From an uncultured Chloroflexia bacterium (GTDB lineage: Bacteria; Chloroflexota; Limnocylindria; QHBO01), in NCBI GenBank assembly GCA_963806695.1, contig CAWDYT010000003.1:13253-77252 (forward strand): a stretch of DNA of 64,000 nucleotides. The letters run 5' to 3'. The notes under the pieces are model-generated. The model was not told the DNA's origin and did no database searches. It worked only from the letters and a program-made list of their open reading frames with translations. Shown piece after piece: positions 1 to 9,289 of this stretch. The translations under genes and the position numbers were made by a program. Position 1 is the first letter of the stretch. The number at the start of each line of letters is the position of its first letter.

Positions 1-635
1 GCCGCCAGCTCGACGTGCCGGTCGTGTCGGGCAACGTGAGCCTCTACAACGAGACGCCGGACGGGCCGATCCTGCCGACGCCGGTGGTCGGAACGGTGGG
101 ACTGGTCGAGGACCGGGCGGCGACGCCGCGGTTGGCGTGGGCAGACGGAGACGAGCTGTGGCTGCTGGGTGCACCAGCCGCGGATCCCGACGCTCTCGCC
201 GGATCCGAGCTGGCGTGGCGACGCGGGCACCGTGGAGGGCGCCCGACGCTCGACCCGACGCCGGTCGCCAGGCTGGTCGCCCTGCTGGCGAGCCTGGGCG
301 GGACCCTGACGGCGGCGCATGACGCGTCGGTGGGCGGGATCGGCGTCGCGCTGGCCCGGATGGCGATCGCGTCCGGGATCGGCGCGACCGTCACCCTCCC
401 CGGCGCCGAGCTGCCGACCGCGTTCCTGTTCGGGGAGCGCGTCGGCCGTGTGGTGGTGGGTGTCCGGCCGGATCGGTCGGCCGCGCTGCGCGACGCCCTC
501 GACGCCGGTGGGGTGGAGGGCGAGCGAATCGGCGGTGCGGGCGGGAACGTCCTGAGGATCGAGATCGGAACGCATCGGATCGAGGCCGCGGTCATCGATC
601 TGGCGCGGGCCTGGCGCACGCCGCTCGCCGACTGA
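1..635 (+). CDS. purL: Phosphoribosylformylglycinamidine synthase subunit PurL, C-terminal part (5' end outside window)
   Basis: The translation (VSGNVSLYNETPDGPILPTPVVGTVGLV...GGIGVALARMAIASG) matches the PurL C-terminal AIR-synthase-like domain. The frame is open from the window edge and stops at 633-635. It sits directly upstream of purF/purM/purN. Confidence 0.85.
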   Translation, partial: RQLDVPVVSGNVSLYNETPDGPILPTPVVGTVGLVEDRAATPRLAWADGDELWLLGAPAADPDALAGSELAWRRGHRGGRPTLDPTPVARLVALLASLGGTLTAAHDASVGGIGVALARMAIASGIGATVTLPGAELPTAFLFGERVGRVVVGVRPDRSAALRDALDAGGVEGERIGGAGGNVLRIEIGTHRIEAAVIDLARAWRTPLAD

Positions 636-650
636 GTCGAGGGCCGGCGC

Positions 651-1790
651 TCAGCGGTCGCCGGCACGCGTGCGCGGCTGTCGCCGGCCGACAGGCGCGT
701 CGGGCTCGACGCACTTCCTCCTCGTCGAGGCCGAGCGCGGCCACGATCGGATCGTCGTCCGAGGCGGACGTGCGCCCGAGCGACGGTGCGGCGCTCGAGC
801 AGGGCCTCGGTGGCGGCGGCCGCCGCACCAGGACCGTACCGTCGCGTTCGCGTCGCCGGACCGCCGGCGCCCGATGACCAGGAGCATCGTGCCGGCGAGC
901 GCGACGGCCGTTACGCCGGCCAGCCCCACCAGCAGCACCGTCCGGAGCAGGCCGTCCTCGGAGCGCAGCTCTCCGTCGCCGTCCGGTCCGCGTGACGGCG
1001 CCGGCATCGGGCGGTTCGTGGGGATCCGCGGGCCGACCGGTCGCGCCACCGCACCGACGACCGGGCCCATCGGCGTCGTCGCGCTCGCTCGCGGGGACGA
1101 GCGAGTGCCGCCTCCGGCCCGGGAGTGCCGGGTCCATCGGCGCTCGGCGCGCTCGGCTGGATCGCTGTGGGCCGGCCCGCCGGCGCCGGAGGAGTGTGGG
1201 CCGGCGGTGTCCGCCGACGGGTCCGGGTTCGGCGGTCTCGGCGGGGGCGGCGCGGCCGGATTCCGCCGGCGGGTCGCCGCCATCGGGTGCAGATCCCCAT
1301 CCGGCAGTCGACGCCGGCATCGGGCGTGCCGGATCCATCGGAATCGACCGGCGCGACGCCCGCGTCGGTCGAATTGGCGGCGACTTGGGAGCGGTGACGA
1401 TCGTCGGCTGCGGCGCGGCCGCAGGCGGTGGCGACCCGTCGACGGAGACCGAGGCTGCCGACGACGGTCGCGAGGTTCCCGCGGTCGTCGGTGGCGGTGA
1501 ACACGCGGCGCCCAGGTCCCGGCCGGCAGCGTGCCGCTCGTCGACCAGGTGCCCGACTCGGGCGTGCCGGCGACGCGGGTCATCGTCAGCAGCTCGCCGC
1601 CGACCGTCGCCGTCACGTCGGTGGCCGGGAACCGGCGCCGTCGTAGCCCACCGTCAGCGTGAAGACGGTGTCGATCGTGCCGGTGTCGGGCGAGACGTGT
1701 GGCGACGCGAGGGTATTCCCGACACCGGATGCGATGGACGGCGCTCCCAGGAGCGCCGTGAGGATCGCCAGGACGAGGAGGCCGCGGAGA
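651..1790 (-). pseudogene. Possible frameshifted secreted/surface protein: signal-peptide-like N-terminus, Pro/Ala/Gly-rich middle, C-terminal TM anchor followed by RRR
   Basis: Reverse-strand fragments in three frames look protein-like. One is a signal-peptide-like segment (GLLVLAILTALLGAPSIASG...TIDTVFTLTVGYDGAG). Others are beta-strand-like (FPATDVTATVGGELLTMTRVAGTPESGTWSTSGTLPAGTW; FTATDDRGNLATVVGSLGL). There is also a C-terminal hydrophobic helix (VLLVGLAGVTAVALAGTMLLVIGRRRS). No single intact frame exists and no clean start codon was found, so coordinates are approximate. Confidence 0.25.
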
Positions 1791-1795
1791 CCGCA

Positions 1796-3469
1796 TCAGC
1801 CCGATGCCTGCCGCGGCGGCCGGGCCGGCCGGGCCGGCCGAGGGGCCCGCCGCGCCGGCGGCGCCGAGCCACGTGACGCCGCCTTCCCCGCCGCCCCGGG
1901 CAGGGGCTCGTGGAGGTGGGGATGATCGGCCTCCACGTCGAGGTGCGGCAGCGCGCCGCGCGCGCGCTGGTGGAGGCGATACACCTCCTCGAGCCCGTCG
2001 GGCGGCACGGCATCGGCGTAGATGGAGCAGAAGAGGTCGACCACCTCCGGGTCGAACTGCGTCCCCGCGTGCTGGCGGAGCTCCTCGAGGGCGTCCTCGT
2101 GGCTCAGCGCGCCCTTGTACGGGCGCTCGTGGACCATGGCGTGATACGCATCGGCGACGGCCACGATGCGCGCGCCGAGGGGGATCTCGGTCCCCTTCAA
2201 CCCGTGTGGGTAGCCGCCGCCGTTGAAGCGCTCGTGATGGTGGAGCACGACCGGGATCGCCTCGCGCAGGGAGGACGCCTGCTCGAGGATGACCTGGCCG
2301 ATGCGCGGATGCTCGCCGATCGTCTGCCACTCGGTGTCCGACAGGGTCGAGGGCTTGTCCAGGATCTCCTCGGGGATCGCGATCTTGCCCAGGTCATGGA
2401 GGAGGGACGCGATCCTGATGCGCTCGATCTCCTCGGCCGGCAGGCTCATCTCGAGCGCCAGCCCTGTGGCGAGCGACGCGATCATGTCCGACGGACGGCC
2501 ACGGTGATGCGGCTGCGGCGCAAGGACCGAGGCGAGGGCCTGGGTGGCCGTGTCGGAGGCCCACTGGCCGATCGCGGCGGCCTGCGCTCGATGCGCGGCC
2601 GAGATCGGCGCACGACTGACCGGCGCGTTCTCGTCGAGGTCGCGGAACAGGTAGGTGCGGTTGCGACCGAGCGACTTCGCGGCGTACATGGCGGCATCGG
2701 CGCGATCGACCAACATGTCCAGCTGGAGCTCGGATCCGCGCCCCCCGGCGATCCCGATGCTGATGGTGGCCTTGATGTCCTGGCCGCCGGCGATCTGCAG
2801 ACGCTCCTGCATGACGAGCGCGCGCAGCTCTTCGGCCAACCCGACGGCATCCTCCGGCGTCGTCTCGGGCAGGATCAGCATGAACTCCTCGCCGCCATAC
2901 CTCCCGAACGTGTCGCTGGCGCGGATCGAGTCGGCCACGAGGTTGGCGATCTGGCGCAGGACCGCGTCGCCCGAGTTGTGGCCGTAGGTGTCGTTGATCG
3001 GCTTGAAGCGGTCGATGTCGATGAAGGCGACGCTCAGCGGCTTGTAGTGCCGGCCGGCGCGCTCCACCTCGGCGGCCAGCGTCGCGAGCAGGGTCTCGCG
3101 GTTGGGGATGCCGGTGAGGCGATCGTGGGTGGCCCGTGCCTCGGTCTGGAGGAATGCGCCGCTGGCGGCATTGAAGGCCCGGGCCAGCCGCCGTTCGGCC
3201 GGAATGCCGGCCTCGCGCAGCTTGACCGGGGTATCGGTCTCGAGCGTGCGCTCCAGCGCGCGTGCGATCCGGTTCAGCCGCCAGCCGACGTAGCTCCACG
3301 CCAGCAGCGCCATCGTCGTCATGCCGGCCGCGACCGCCACGGCGAGGGCGGTGGCGAACGCGCTTCGTTGCTGCGGATCGGCGCGTACGGCGATCCCGAG
3401 GGCGATCGTCACGACGGCTGCCACTGCCAGCGGGGCGAGAAAGCCGAGCGCGCGGACGAAGGTGAGCAT
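1796..3469 (-). CDS. Membrane-anchored diguanylate cyclase (GGDEF) fused to an HD-GYP phosphodiesterase domain
   Basis: The N-terminus has two TM helices. A GGDEF domain follows (RYGGEEFMLIL, DRFKPINDTYGH). The C-terminal HD-GYP domain carries HDLGK...HHHERFNGGGYP. The ORF track extends to 3538, but the likely start is the internal ATG at 3469 (MLTFVRALGFL...). It is divergent from purF. Confidence 0.85.
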   Translation of the reverse strand: MLTFVRALGFLAPLAVAAVVTIALGIAVRADPQQRSAFATALAVAVAAGMTTMALLAWSYVGWRLNRIARALERTLETDTPVKLREAGIPAERRLARAFNAASGAFLQTEARATHDRLTGIPNRETLLATLAAEVERAGRHYKPLSVAFIDIDRFKPINDTYGHNSGDAVLRQIANLVADSIRASDTFGRYGGEEFMLILPETTPEDAVGLAEELRALVMQERLQIAGGQDIKATISIGIAGGRGSELQLDMLVDRADAAMYAAKSLGRNRTYLFRDLDENAPVSRAPISAAHRAQAAAIGQWASDTATQALASVLAPQPHHRGRPSDMIASLATGLALEMSLPAEEIERIRIASLLHDLGKIAIPEEILDKPSTLSDTEWQTIGEHPRIGQVILEQASSLREAIPVVLHHHERFNGGGYPHGLKGTEIPLGARIVAVADAYHAMVHERPYKGALSHEDALEELRQHAGTQFDPEVVDLFCSIYADAVPPDGLEEVYRLHQRARGALPHLDVEADHPHLHEPLPGAAGKAASRGSAPPARRAPRPARPARPPRQASG

Positions 3470-3707
3470 CGGGTGGAGGATGACCCGGCAGGGTCCCCTG
3501 TGACCATGGCCCGATGGTCCGGAGGTGCGCCTCGGCACACGACGCGGCGCGCCGATTCTGGCCGAAGTGCGGAGCGGTGCAGTACTCGCCCGGTACGAGC
3601 GGCGGGGCCCCCGCGGGGCTGCACGGAAGCGCCGCCGGCGCCGCCCGACCGACGGCTATGATGGTCCCGTGGCCGGCCAGCACCGCCCCGTTCCGCCAGC
3701 CTGATTC

Positions 3708-5168
3708 GTGCGTCCCGCGATTCAGCTCACGCCGGAGTATCAGCCGCACGGGCCGCGCGAGGAATGCGGAGTGGTGGGCATCTGGGCTCCCGGTCAGCGC
3801 CTCGCCCACCTCACCTACGTCGGGCTGCACGCCCTCCAGCACCGCGGCCAGGAGTCGGCGGGCATCGCCGTCAGTGATGGGGTGGACCTTCAGCTCCACA
3901 AGCGGCTGGGGCTGGTGAGCTCGGTGTTCGACCCCGAGACGCTGCTCCGGCTCGAGGGCGGCGACGACGGGTCGCGCCCGTCCGTGGCCGCAATCGGCCA
4001 CACGCGCTACAGCACCACCGGCTCGAACACGCTCCCGAACGTCCAGCCGGTGTACGCCCAGTCCGACCGCGGCGAGCTCATGCTGGGTCACAACGGCAAC
4101 CTCACCAACGCCCGCTGGCTGCGGGACGAGCTCGGCGAGCAGGGAATCGAGTTCGCCACGGCGTCCGACACCGAGGTGCTGGCCAAGCTGATCGCCCATG
4201 CTCCGGGCCGCACGTGGGCGCAGCGCGTCGACCACGCCTTCCACCGTGCCGTCGGCGCCTACACCTTCACCATGCTGACGGCCGACGCGCTGGTTGCCGC
4301 GCGTGACCCGGTCGGGTTCCGCCCGCTGGCGCTGGGACGGCTGCCCGGCGGCTGGGCCGTCGCGTCGGAGAGCTCGGCACTGGACGCCATGGGGGCGCAG
4401 TTCGTCCGCGACGTCGACGCCGGCGAGGTGTTGACGATCGACGCCGAGGGGGTCCACTCCCACCGCTCGTCGCGCGCGACGCCCGAGCGGGAGCGGCTGT
4501 GCGTCTTCGAGTACGTCTACCTGGCGCGACCCGACAGCGTGATCGACGGACGGCTCCTGTACGAGGCGCGCCTCGCCATGGGCCGGGCGCTGGCACGCGA
4601 GCATCCGGCCGATGCGGACATCGTGATCGCCGTCCCCGACTCGGCGATCCCGGCTGCCATCGGCTACGCGGAGGAGGCCGGATTGCCGTACCGCGAAGGG
4701 CTCATCAAGTCGCGCTACGTCGGAAGGACCTTCATCCAGCCCGCGCAGACCGGGCGGGAGGAGGCGGTGCGGCTGAAGTTCAACCCGCTGCCCGAGCTGC
4801 TGTCCGGCAAGCGCGTGGTCGTCGTCGACGACTCGATCGTGCGCGGCACGACGACGGCGCCGATCGTGGCCATGCTCCGTCGCGCCGGCGCGGCCGAGGT
4901 GCACGTCCGCATCCACTCACCCGAGATGCGGCACCCGTGCTACATGGGGGTCGACACCGGTCGGCGCGACGAGCTGATCGCGGCGACCCACACCACCGAC
5001 GAGATCCGCCGCGCCATCGGCGCGGACTCGCTCGGCTACCTCTCGAAGGACGGGATGCTCGATGCGGTCGGGGGTCGCCGCGAGGCGCGCTGCACCGCCT
5101 GCTTCGACGGCGTGTACCCCACCGACGTTCCCCTGGAGCTGGACAAGCTGGCGCTGGAGCGACGGTGA
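3708..5168 (+). CDS. purF: Amidophosphoribosyltransferase (glutamine-PRPP amidotransferase)
   Basis: The N-terminal nucleophile Cys follows a short propeptide (..REECGVVGIW). Class II glutamine amidotransferase and PRTase motifs are present (VVVVDDSIVRGTT) along with the C-terminal Cys ligands. The start is a GTG at 3708. The stop overlaps the purM start (GTGA). Confidence 0.95.
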   Translation: MRPAIQLTPEYQPHGPREECGVVGIWAPGQRLAHLTYVGLHALQHRGQESAGIAVSDGVDLQLHKRLGLVSSVFDPETLLRLEGGDDGSRPSVAAIGHTRYSTTGSNTLPNVQPVYAQSDRGELMLGHNGNLTNARWLRDELGEQGIEFATASDTEVLAKLIAHAPGRTWAQRVDHAFHRAVGAYTFTMLTADALVAARDPVGFRPLALGRLPGGWAVASESSALDAMGAQFVRDVDAGEVLTIDAEGVHSHRSSRATPERERLCVFEYVYLARPDSVIDGRLLYEARLAMGRALAREHPADADIVIAVPDSAIPAAIGYAEEAGLPYREGLIKSRYVGRTFIQPAQTGREEAVRLKFNPLPELLSGKRVVVVDDSIVRGTTTAPIVAMLRRAGAAEVHVRIHSPEMRHPCYMGVDTGRRDELIAATHTTDEIRRAIGADSLGYLSKDGMLDAVGGRREARCTACFDGVYPTDVPLELDKLALERR

Positions 5169-6202
5169 CCACGCCGCGCACCTATCGCGAAGCCGGCGTG
5201 GACGTGGCGGAGGCCGAGCGGGCCGTGGACGGCATCGCACGGGCTGCGGCGTCGACCCTGACCCCGGCGGTGCTCGGCGGCATCGGCGGATTCGGGGCGC
5301 TCTATCGCTTCGACCCGACGACGCACCCCGACCCGGTCCTGGTCAGCAGCACCGATGGGGTGGGGACCAAGCTGCTCGTGGCGGTTGGCCTGGGACGGCA
5401 CGACACGATCGGCATCGACCTGGTCCACGCCTGCCTGAACGACATCCTGGTGGCGGGCGCCGACCCGCTCTTCCTGCTCGACTATCTCGCCGTGGCCGAC
5501 CTGCGGGCCGAGGTGATCGAGGAGATCGTCGCGGGCGTGGCGACCGCCTGCGCAGCCGCGGGGATCCCGCTCATCGGCGGCGAGACGGCGCAGCTGCCGG
5601 ACCTGGTCCAGCGCGGCGAGCTGGACCTGGCGGGCTTCGTGGTCGGTGTGGTGGCGCGTGCCGACCTCATCGACGGCTCGGGCTGCCGGCCAGGGGACGT
5701 CCTGCTGGGCATTCCGTCCAGCGGGCTGCACACGAACGGCTACAGCCTCGCGCGCCGGGTCCTGCCGCCCGAGACGTGGTCCTCGCCGATGCCGGACAAC
5801 GGGCGCACGATCGGCGAGGCCCTGCTCGAGCCGCATCGGTCCTACCTCGACGATCTGCGTGCGATGCGCCGCGCGGTGCGGTCGATCGGCACCGACATCG
5901 CCGCCCTCGCGCACATCACCGGCGGCGGCTGGGAGGGCAACGTGCCTCGGACCCTGCCTCCCGGCCTCGGCGTCGAAGTCGACACCGGATCGTGGCCGGT
6001 GCCCCGGATCTTCACCCTCATCCAGGCGCGTGGCGACATCGCCGACGAGGAGATGGTGCGCACCTTCAACATCGGCATCGGCATGACCGCCGTCATCCCG
6101 CCAGCCGGGGTCGACGCGGCGCTGGCCGCGGTGCCCGACGCGTGTCGCATCGGTCGGGTGGTGGAGGTGGCCGAGGGCCAGCCGCGCGTCGCCTTCGCGT
6201 GA
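5165..6202 (+). CDS. purM: Phosphoribosylformylglycinamidine cyclo-ligase (AIR synthase)
   Basis: The GTG start at 5165 overlaps the purF stop. PurM motifs are present (GGIGGFGALY...DGVGTKL...GYSLARR...HITGGGW). The ORF-track entry 4499..6202 is an artefactual read-through of the purF 3' end in another frame. Confidence 0.95.
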   Translation: MTTPRTYREAGVDVAEAERAVDGIARAAASTLTPAVLGGIGGFGALYRFDPTTHPDPVLVSSTDGVGTKLLVAVGLGRHDTIGIDLVHACLNDILVAGADPLFLLDYLAVADLRAEVIEEIVAGVATACAAAGIPLIGGETAQLPDLVQRGELDLAGFVVGVVARADLIDGSGCRPGDVLLGIPSSGLHTNGYSLARRVLPPETWSSPMPDNGRTIGEALLEPHRSYLDDLRAMRRAVRSIGTDIAALAHITGGGWEGNVPRTLPPGLGVEVDTGSWPVPRIFTLIQARGDIADEEMVRTFNIGIGMTAVIPPAGVDAALAAVPDACRIGRVVEVAEGQPRVAFA

Positions 6203-6212
6203 GGCGCCTCGC

Positions 6213-6867
6213 GTGAGGCTGGGCGTCCTCGTCTCCGGCCGCGGCTCGAATCTCGCCGCCATCCTGCAGGCGGGGCTGCCGGTGGCCGTCGTGATCAGCA
6301 ACCGTCCAGGCGCGCGTGCGCTCGAGATCGCCGAGGCCCACGGCGTCCCGTCCCGCGCTGCTGCGGCGCTCCGACTTCGCCGATGCCGACGCGCGTGATG
6401 GCGCCATCGGCCAGGCCCTGGCCGACGCGGGCGTCGAGCTCGCGGTCCTGGCCGGCTACGACCAGATCCTGCGCTCCACCTACTTCGCCACGTTCGGCGG
6501 CAGGACGATCAACATCCATCCCTCGCTGCTGCCCGCCCACGGCGGCCCCGGCATGGTCGGGCTGGCGGTCCATCGGTCGGTGCTGGCCGCGGGCGACCGC
6601 GAGACCGGCGCCACGGTCCACGAGGTCGGCGCCGAGGTCGACGCGGGACCGATCCTGGCGCAGGTCCGCGTGCCGGTCGAGGCCGGCGACGACGCCGAAA
6701 CGCTCGCGGCCCGCGTGCTGCGCGAGGAGCATCGGCTGCTGGTGGCGACCATCCGACGCCTGGTCGCCGACCAGGCCGCGGAGGGCCGGTCGGGCACGAT
6801 GCGTGCTAGCATCTCAGCAGCGTCCGACACGGCGCACGACTCCACACGCAGCAGCCAGGGCAGGTAG
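6213..6867 (+). CDS. purN: Phosphoribosylglycinamide formyltransferase, with an apparent +1 frameshift near 6350
   Basis: The N-terminus MRLGVLVSGRGSNLAAIL (frame of 6213) continues in the frame of 6316 (..NIHPSLLPAHGG, formyl-transferase signature). One missing or extra base lies in a C-run around 6345-6355. Total length of about 218 aa fits PurN. Confidence 0.85.
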
Positions 6868-7470
6868 ATGGACGCGATTCTCGAGCCGATTGGGGAGTTC
6901 TGGGAGGGGTTCCTGAACAACCCGATCGTCCAGCTGGCGAGCCAGCTGATCGTGATCTACGTCGTCCTCCTCTGGCTCGGCACCGCCTATTGGGCCTTCC
7001 GCGACATGCAGGCGCGCACCGAGAACCCGATCCTGCCGTATTTCGCGGCGGCGCTCATCATCTTCTTCACTCCGCTCCTGTTCCTGTTCGCGGTGATCCT
7101 GTACCTCATCGTCCGGCCGCGCGAGACGCTGGCCGAGGTGTACGAGCGCTCGCTGGCCGAGGAGAGCCTCCTGGCGGAGGTCGAGAAGAACGAGCTGTGC
7201 CCGGTGTGCCGCGATCGCGTCGACAGCGACTGGCTGGTCTGTCCGAACTGCCGCACCCGGCTCCACCGCGTGTGCCCCTCATGCAACCGACTCGCCGAGC
7301 CGAGCTGGCCGCTGTGCGCGTACTGCGGACGTGAGTTCGAGCGCCCGGCGCGGGCCGCCGCCCGCACGCGCGCCCCGCAGCCTGCGGATGAGCCGATCGA
7401 GGTTGCCGACGGCGCGACGGCCGACGCCATCGCCGAGCGAGCGCGGCTGCGCGGCGCGACCAACACCTGA
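6868..7470 (+). CDS. Membrane protein with two TM helices and a C-terminal double zinc-ribbon (CxxC x4)
   Basis: The ATG lies immediately after the purN stop. Two hydrophobic helices are present. The tail carries CPVCRD..CPNCRT..CPSCNR..CAYCGR, and the C-terminus is Arg-rich. Confidence 0.7.
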   Translation: MDAILEPIGEFWEGFLNNPIVQLASQLIVIYVVLLWLGTAYWAFRDMQARTENPILPYFAAALIIFFTPLLFLFAVILYLIVRPRETLAEVYERSLAEESLLAEVEKNELCPVCRDRVDSDWLVCPNCRTRLHRVCPSCNRLAEPSWPLCAYCGREFERPARAAARTRAPQPADEPIEVADGATADAIAERARLRGATNT

Positions 7471-7487
7471 GCCCCGGATCTCTCGGG

Positions 7488-8525
7488 GTGGAATCCGACC
7501 CGCCCGCGGAGCCCTCGGGCCCGGCTGCCCCCGGGCAGCCGCCGACGGCCACGACCGGCAGCCTGCCGCGGGGCACCCATCCGACGATCGGCCCCGACAC
7601 GGTCCGCATGCCCTCGTGGCCCGGGCCGGTATTGGCGATCGGCGGCGCCGTCGTGGCGATGGTCGCGCTGGTCGCCTCGGCGATGGCGATCCAGGGATCG
7701 TTCGACGCGGACTCGGCGTCGCTGGCCTGGCTGGCCCTCGCCGGCGGCCTCGCCTTCGCCGCCGGCCTGGTCTACACCGCCGTCCGGCAGCTGCGCATCC
7801 GAGGCTACCTGCCGCCGGAGCGGTACCGCGGCCCGAACGTCTTCATCCTGGTGGCGCTGGTGCTCGTGGTTGCCACCGTCCTGACCGCGCCGTTCAGCGC
7901 CGATGCCGCGGCGATGGTCCTGGGCGAGGGAGAGCTCACGTTCCTCGGCTCCCTCGTCCTCCTGACCTCGACCCAGGCCGGACTGTTGCTGGTGAGCTGG
8001 CTGCTGGTCTTCCGGCCGAACGCGCTGGCCGGGCTTCCATCCCTGCCCGGCCCCGACCCCGGCGGTGCGCTCCGCAGCGGCCTCGGATGGGGCATCGTGG
8101 CCTGGTTCGGCGCGAGCGTCGTGTCGTACGGGGTCTACGCGCTGTTCGAGGCGCTCGGCATGGATCCCGAGCCCCAGGCGGCGGAGCAGGCGCTCTCCGT
8201 GATCGACCCCTTCCTGGCGGTCGTGGCGATCGTCATCCTGGCGCCGGTTGCCGAGGAGGTCTTCTTCCGCGGCGTCATCTTCAACGCGCTCCTGCGTGAG
8301 CGAGGGCGCCGATGGGCGTTCGTCGGCTCGGCTGCGCTGTTCGCGGCCATCCATCTCTCCCTCGTCGCCCTGCTGCCGATCTTCCTCCTCGGCCTGGCCC
8401 TGGCCTGGGTGTACGACCGGACGCAGAATCTGCTCGCGCCGATCGCGATGCACGTGGTCGTCAACGGCGCCTCGGTGCTCATCGCGCTGCTCATCCGCTA
8501 CGAGATGGTGCCGCTGCCCACCTGA
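7488..8525 (+). CDS. CPBP family intramembrane glutamic endopeptidase (CAAX protease-like)
   Basis: It is polytopic and carries the canonical CPBP motifs (PVAEEVFFRGV; FAAIHLS; AMHVVVNG). It begins with a GTG start. Confidence 0.85.
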   Translation: MESDPPAEPSGPAAPGQPPTATTGSLPRGTHPTIGPDTVRMPSWPGPVLAIGGAVVAMVALVASAMAIQGSFDADSASLAWLALAGGLAFAAGLVYTAVRQLRIRGYLPPERYRGPNVFILVALVLVVATVLTAPFSADAAAMVLGEGELTFLGSLVLLTSTQAGLLLVSWLLVFRPNALAGLPSLPGPDPGGALRSGLGWGIVAWFGASVVSYGVYALFEALGMDPEPQAAEQALSVIDPFLAVVAIVILAPVAEEVFFRGVIFNALLRERGRRWAFVGSAALFAAIHLSLVALLPIFLLGLALAWVYDRTQNLLAPIAMHVVVNGASVLIALLIRYEMVPLPT

Positions 8526-8581
8526 GCGGTAAGGGCCCGATAAGCGGGCGATGACCGCCTGATCGGTATCGTCAGCCGCCG

Positions 8582-9289
8582 ATGACCGACACGCCGATCC
8601 CGATCTCGCTCGTGCGCCACGCGGCCCGTCCCGCCGTCCTGGACCGGTTCGAGCGCGACGGGCCGGAGTCGTCCGATGACGACGTGCTGCTGGCGGTTCT
8701 GCTCGGCGGCGGGACGACCTCCGGCCGGACGGCGCGCCGGTTGCTGGACCGCTTCGGGTCGCTGGAGGCCGTGATGCGCGCCGACTCCGTCGAGCTGCGC
8801 GTTGGCGGTCTGCCCCGCGCCGTCGCGTCGCGCCTGCCCGCGGCGCTCGAGGTCGGCCGACGAGTCGCGCGCCGTCCCGTCGACGCGCCCTGGCTGGTGC
8901 GGACGCCGGCCGACGTCGCCGAGCCGCTGGTCGATGCCATGAGCTCCCTGGAGCGCGAGGAGCTGCGCGTCCTGCTGCTCGACACGAAGAACGTGGTGGT
9001 CGCCGAGCGAACCGTCTATCGCGGCAACCTGGCTGGTTCGTCGGTGCGCGTCGGCGAGGTCTACCGCGACGCCGTCCGCCGTTGCGCTGCCGCGGTCGTC
9101 GTCGCCCACAACCATCCGAGTGGCGATCCGAGCCCGTCAGGCGAGGACCTCCGGATCACGGCCGAGCTGGCCCAGGCCGGGCGACTGCTCGACATCGAGC
9201 TGCTCGACCACGTCGTGATCGGACGCGGTCGATGGACCAGCCTGCGCGCCATCGGCGCGGTCGGTCAGGAGCCGGCGACGATGCGGTAG
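8582..9289 (+). CDS. radC: RadC-like JAB/MPN domain protein (UPF0758)
   Basis: The C-terminal JAMM motif is HNHPSGDPSPSGEDLRIT. The N-terminal region is helix-hairpin-helix-like. The 3' end overlaps the convergent dehydrogenase gene by about 25 nt. Confidence 0.85.
   Translation: MTDTPIPISLVRHAARPAVLDRFERDGPESSDDDVLLAVLLGGGTTSGRTARRLLDRFGSLEAVMRADSVELRVGGLPRAVASRLPAALEVGRRVARRPVDAPWLVRTPADVAEPLVDAMSSLEREELRVLLLDTKNVVVAERTVYRGNLAGSSVRVGEVYRDAVRRCAAAVVVAHNHPSGDPSPSGEDLRITAELAQAGRLLDIELLDHVVIGRGRWTSLRAIGAVGQEPATMR

Noticed and set aside
651-2330. 559-aa minus-strand ORF and the many overlapping ORFs at 592-2013
   Set aside because: Translations are Arg/Pro/Ala-rich and low-complexity. They overlap the GGDEF/HD-GYP gene in antisense. 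Only short fragments at 651-1790 look protein-like, and these are treated as a possible decayed gene.
2394-4916. 840-aa minus-strand ORF antisense to purF and the GGDEF gene
   Set aside because: No recognisable domains and an Arg/Gly-rich composition. It overlaps two well-supported genes on the opposite strand.
4499-6202. 567-aa plus-strand ORF
   Set aside because: Composite: the first about 220 codons are an out-of-frame read of the purF 3' end. The real gene is purM, starting at GTG 5165.
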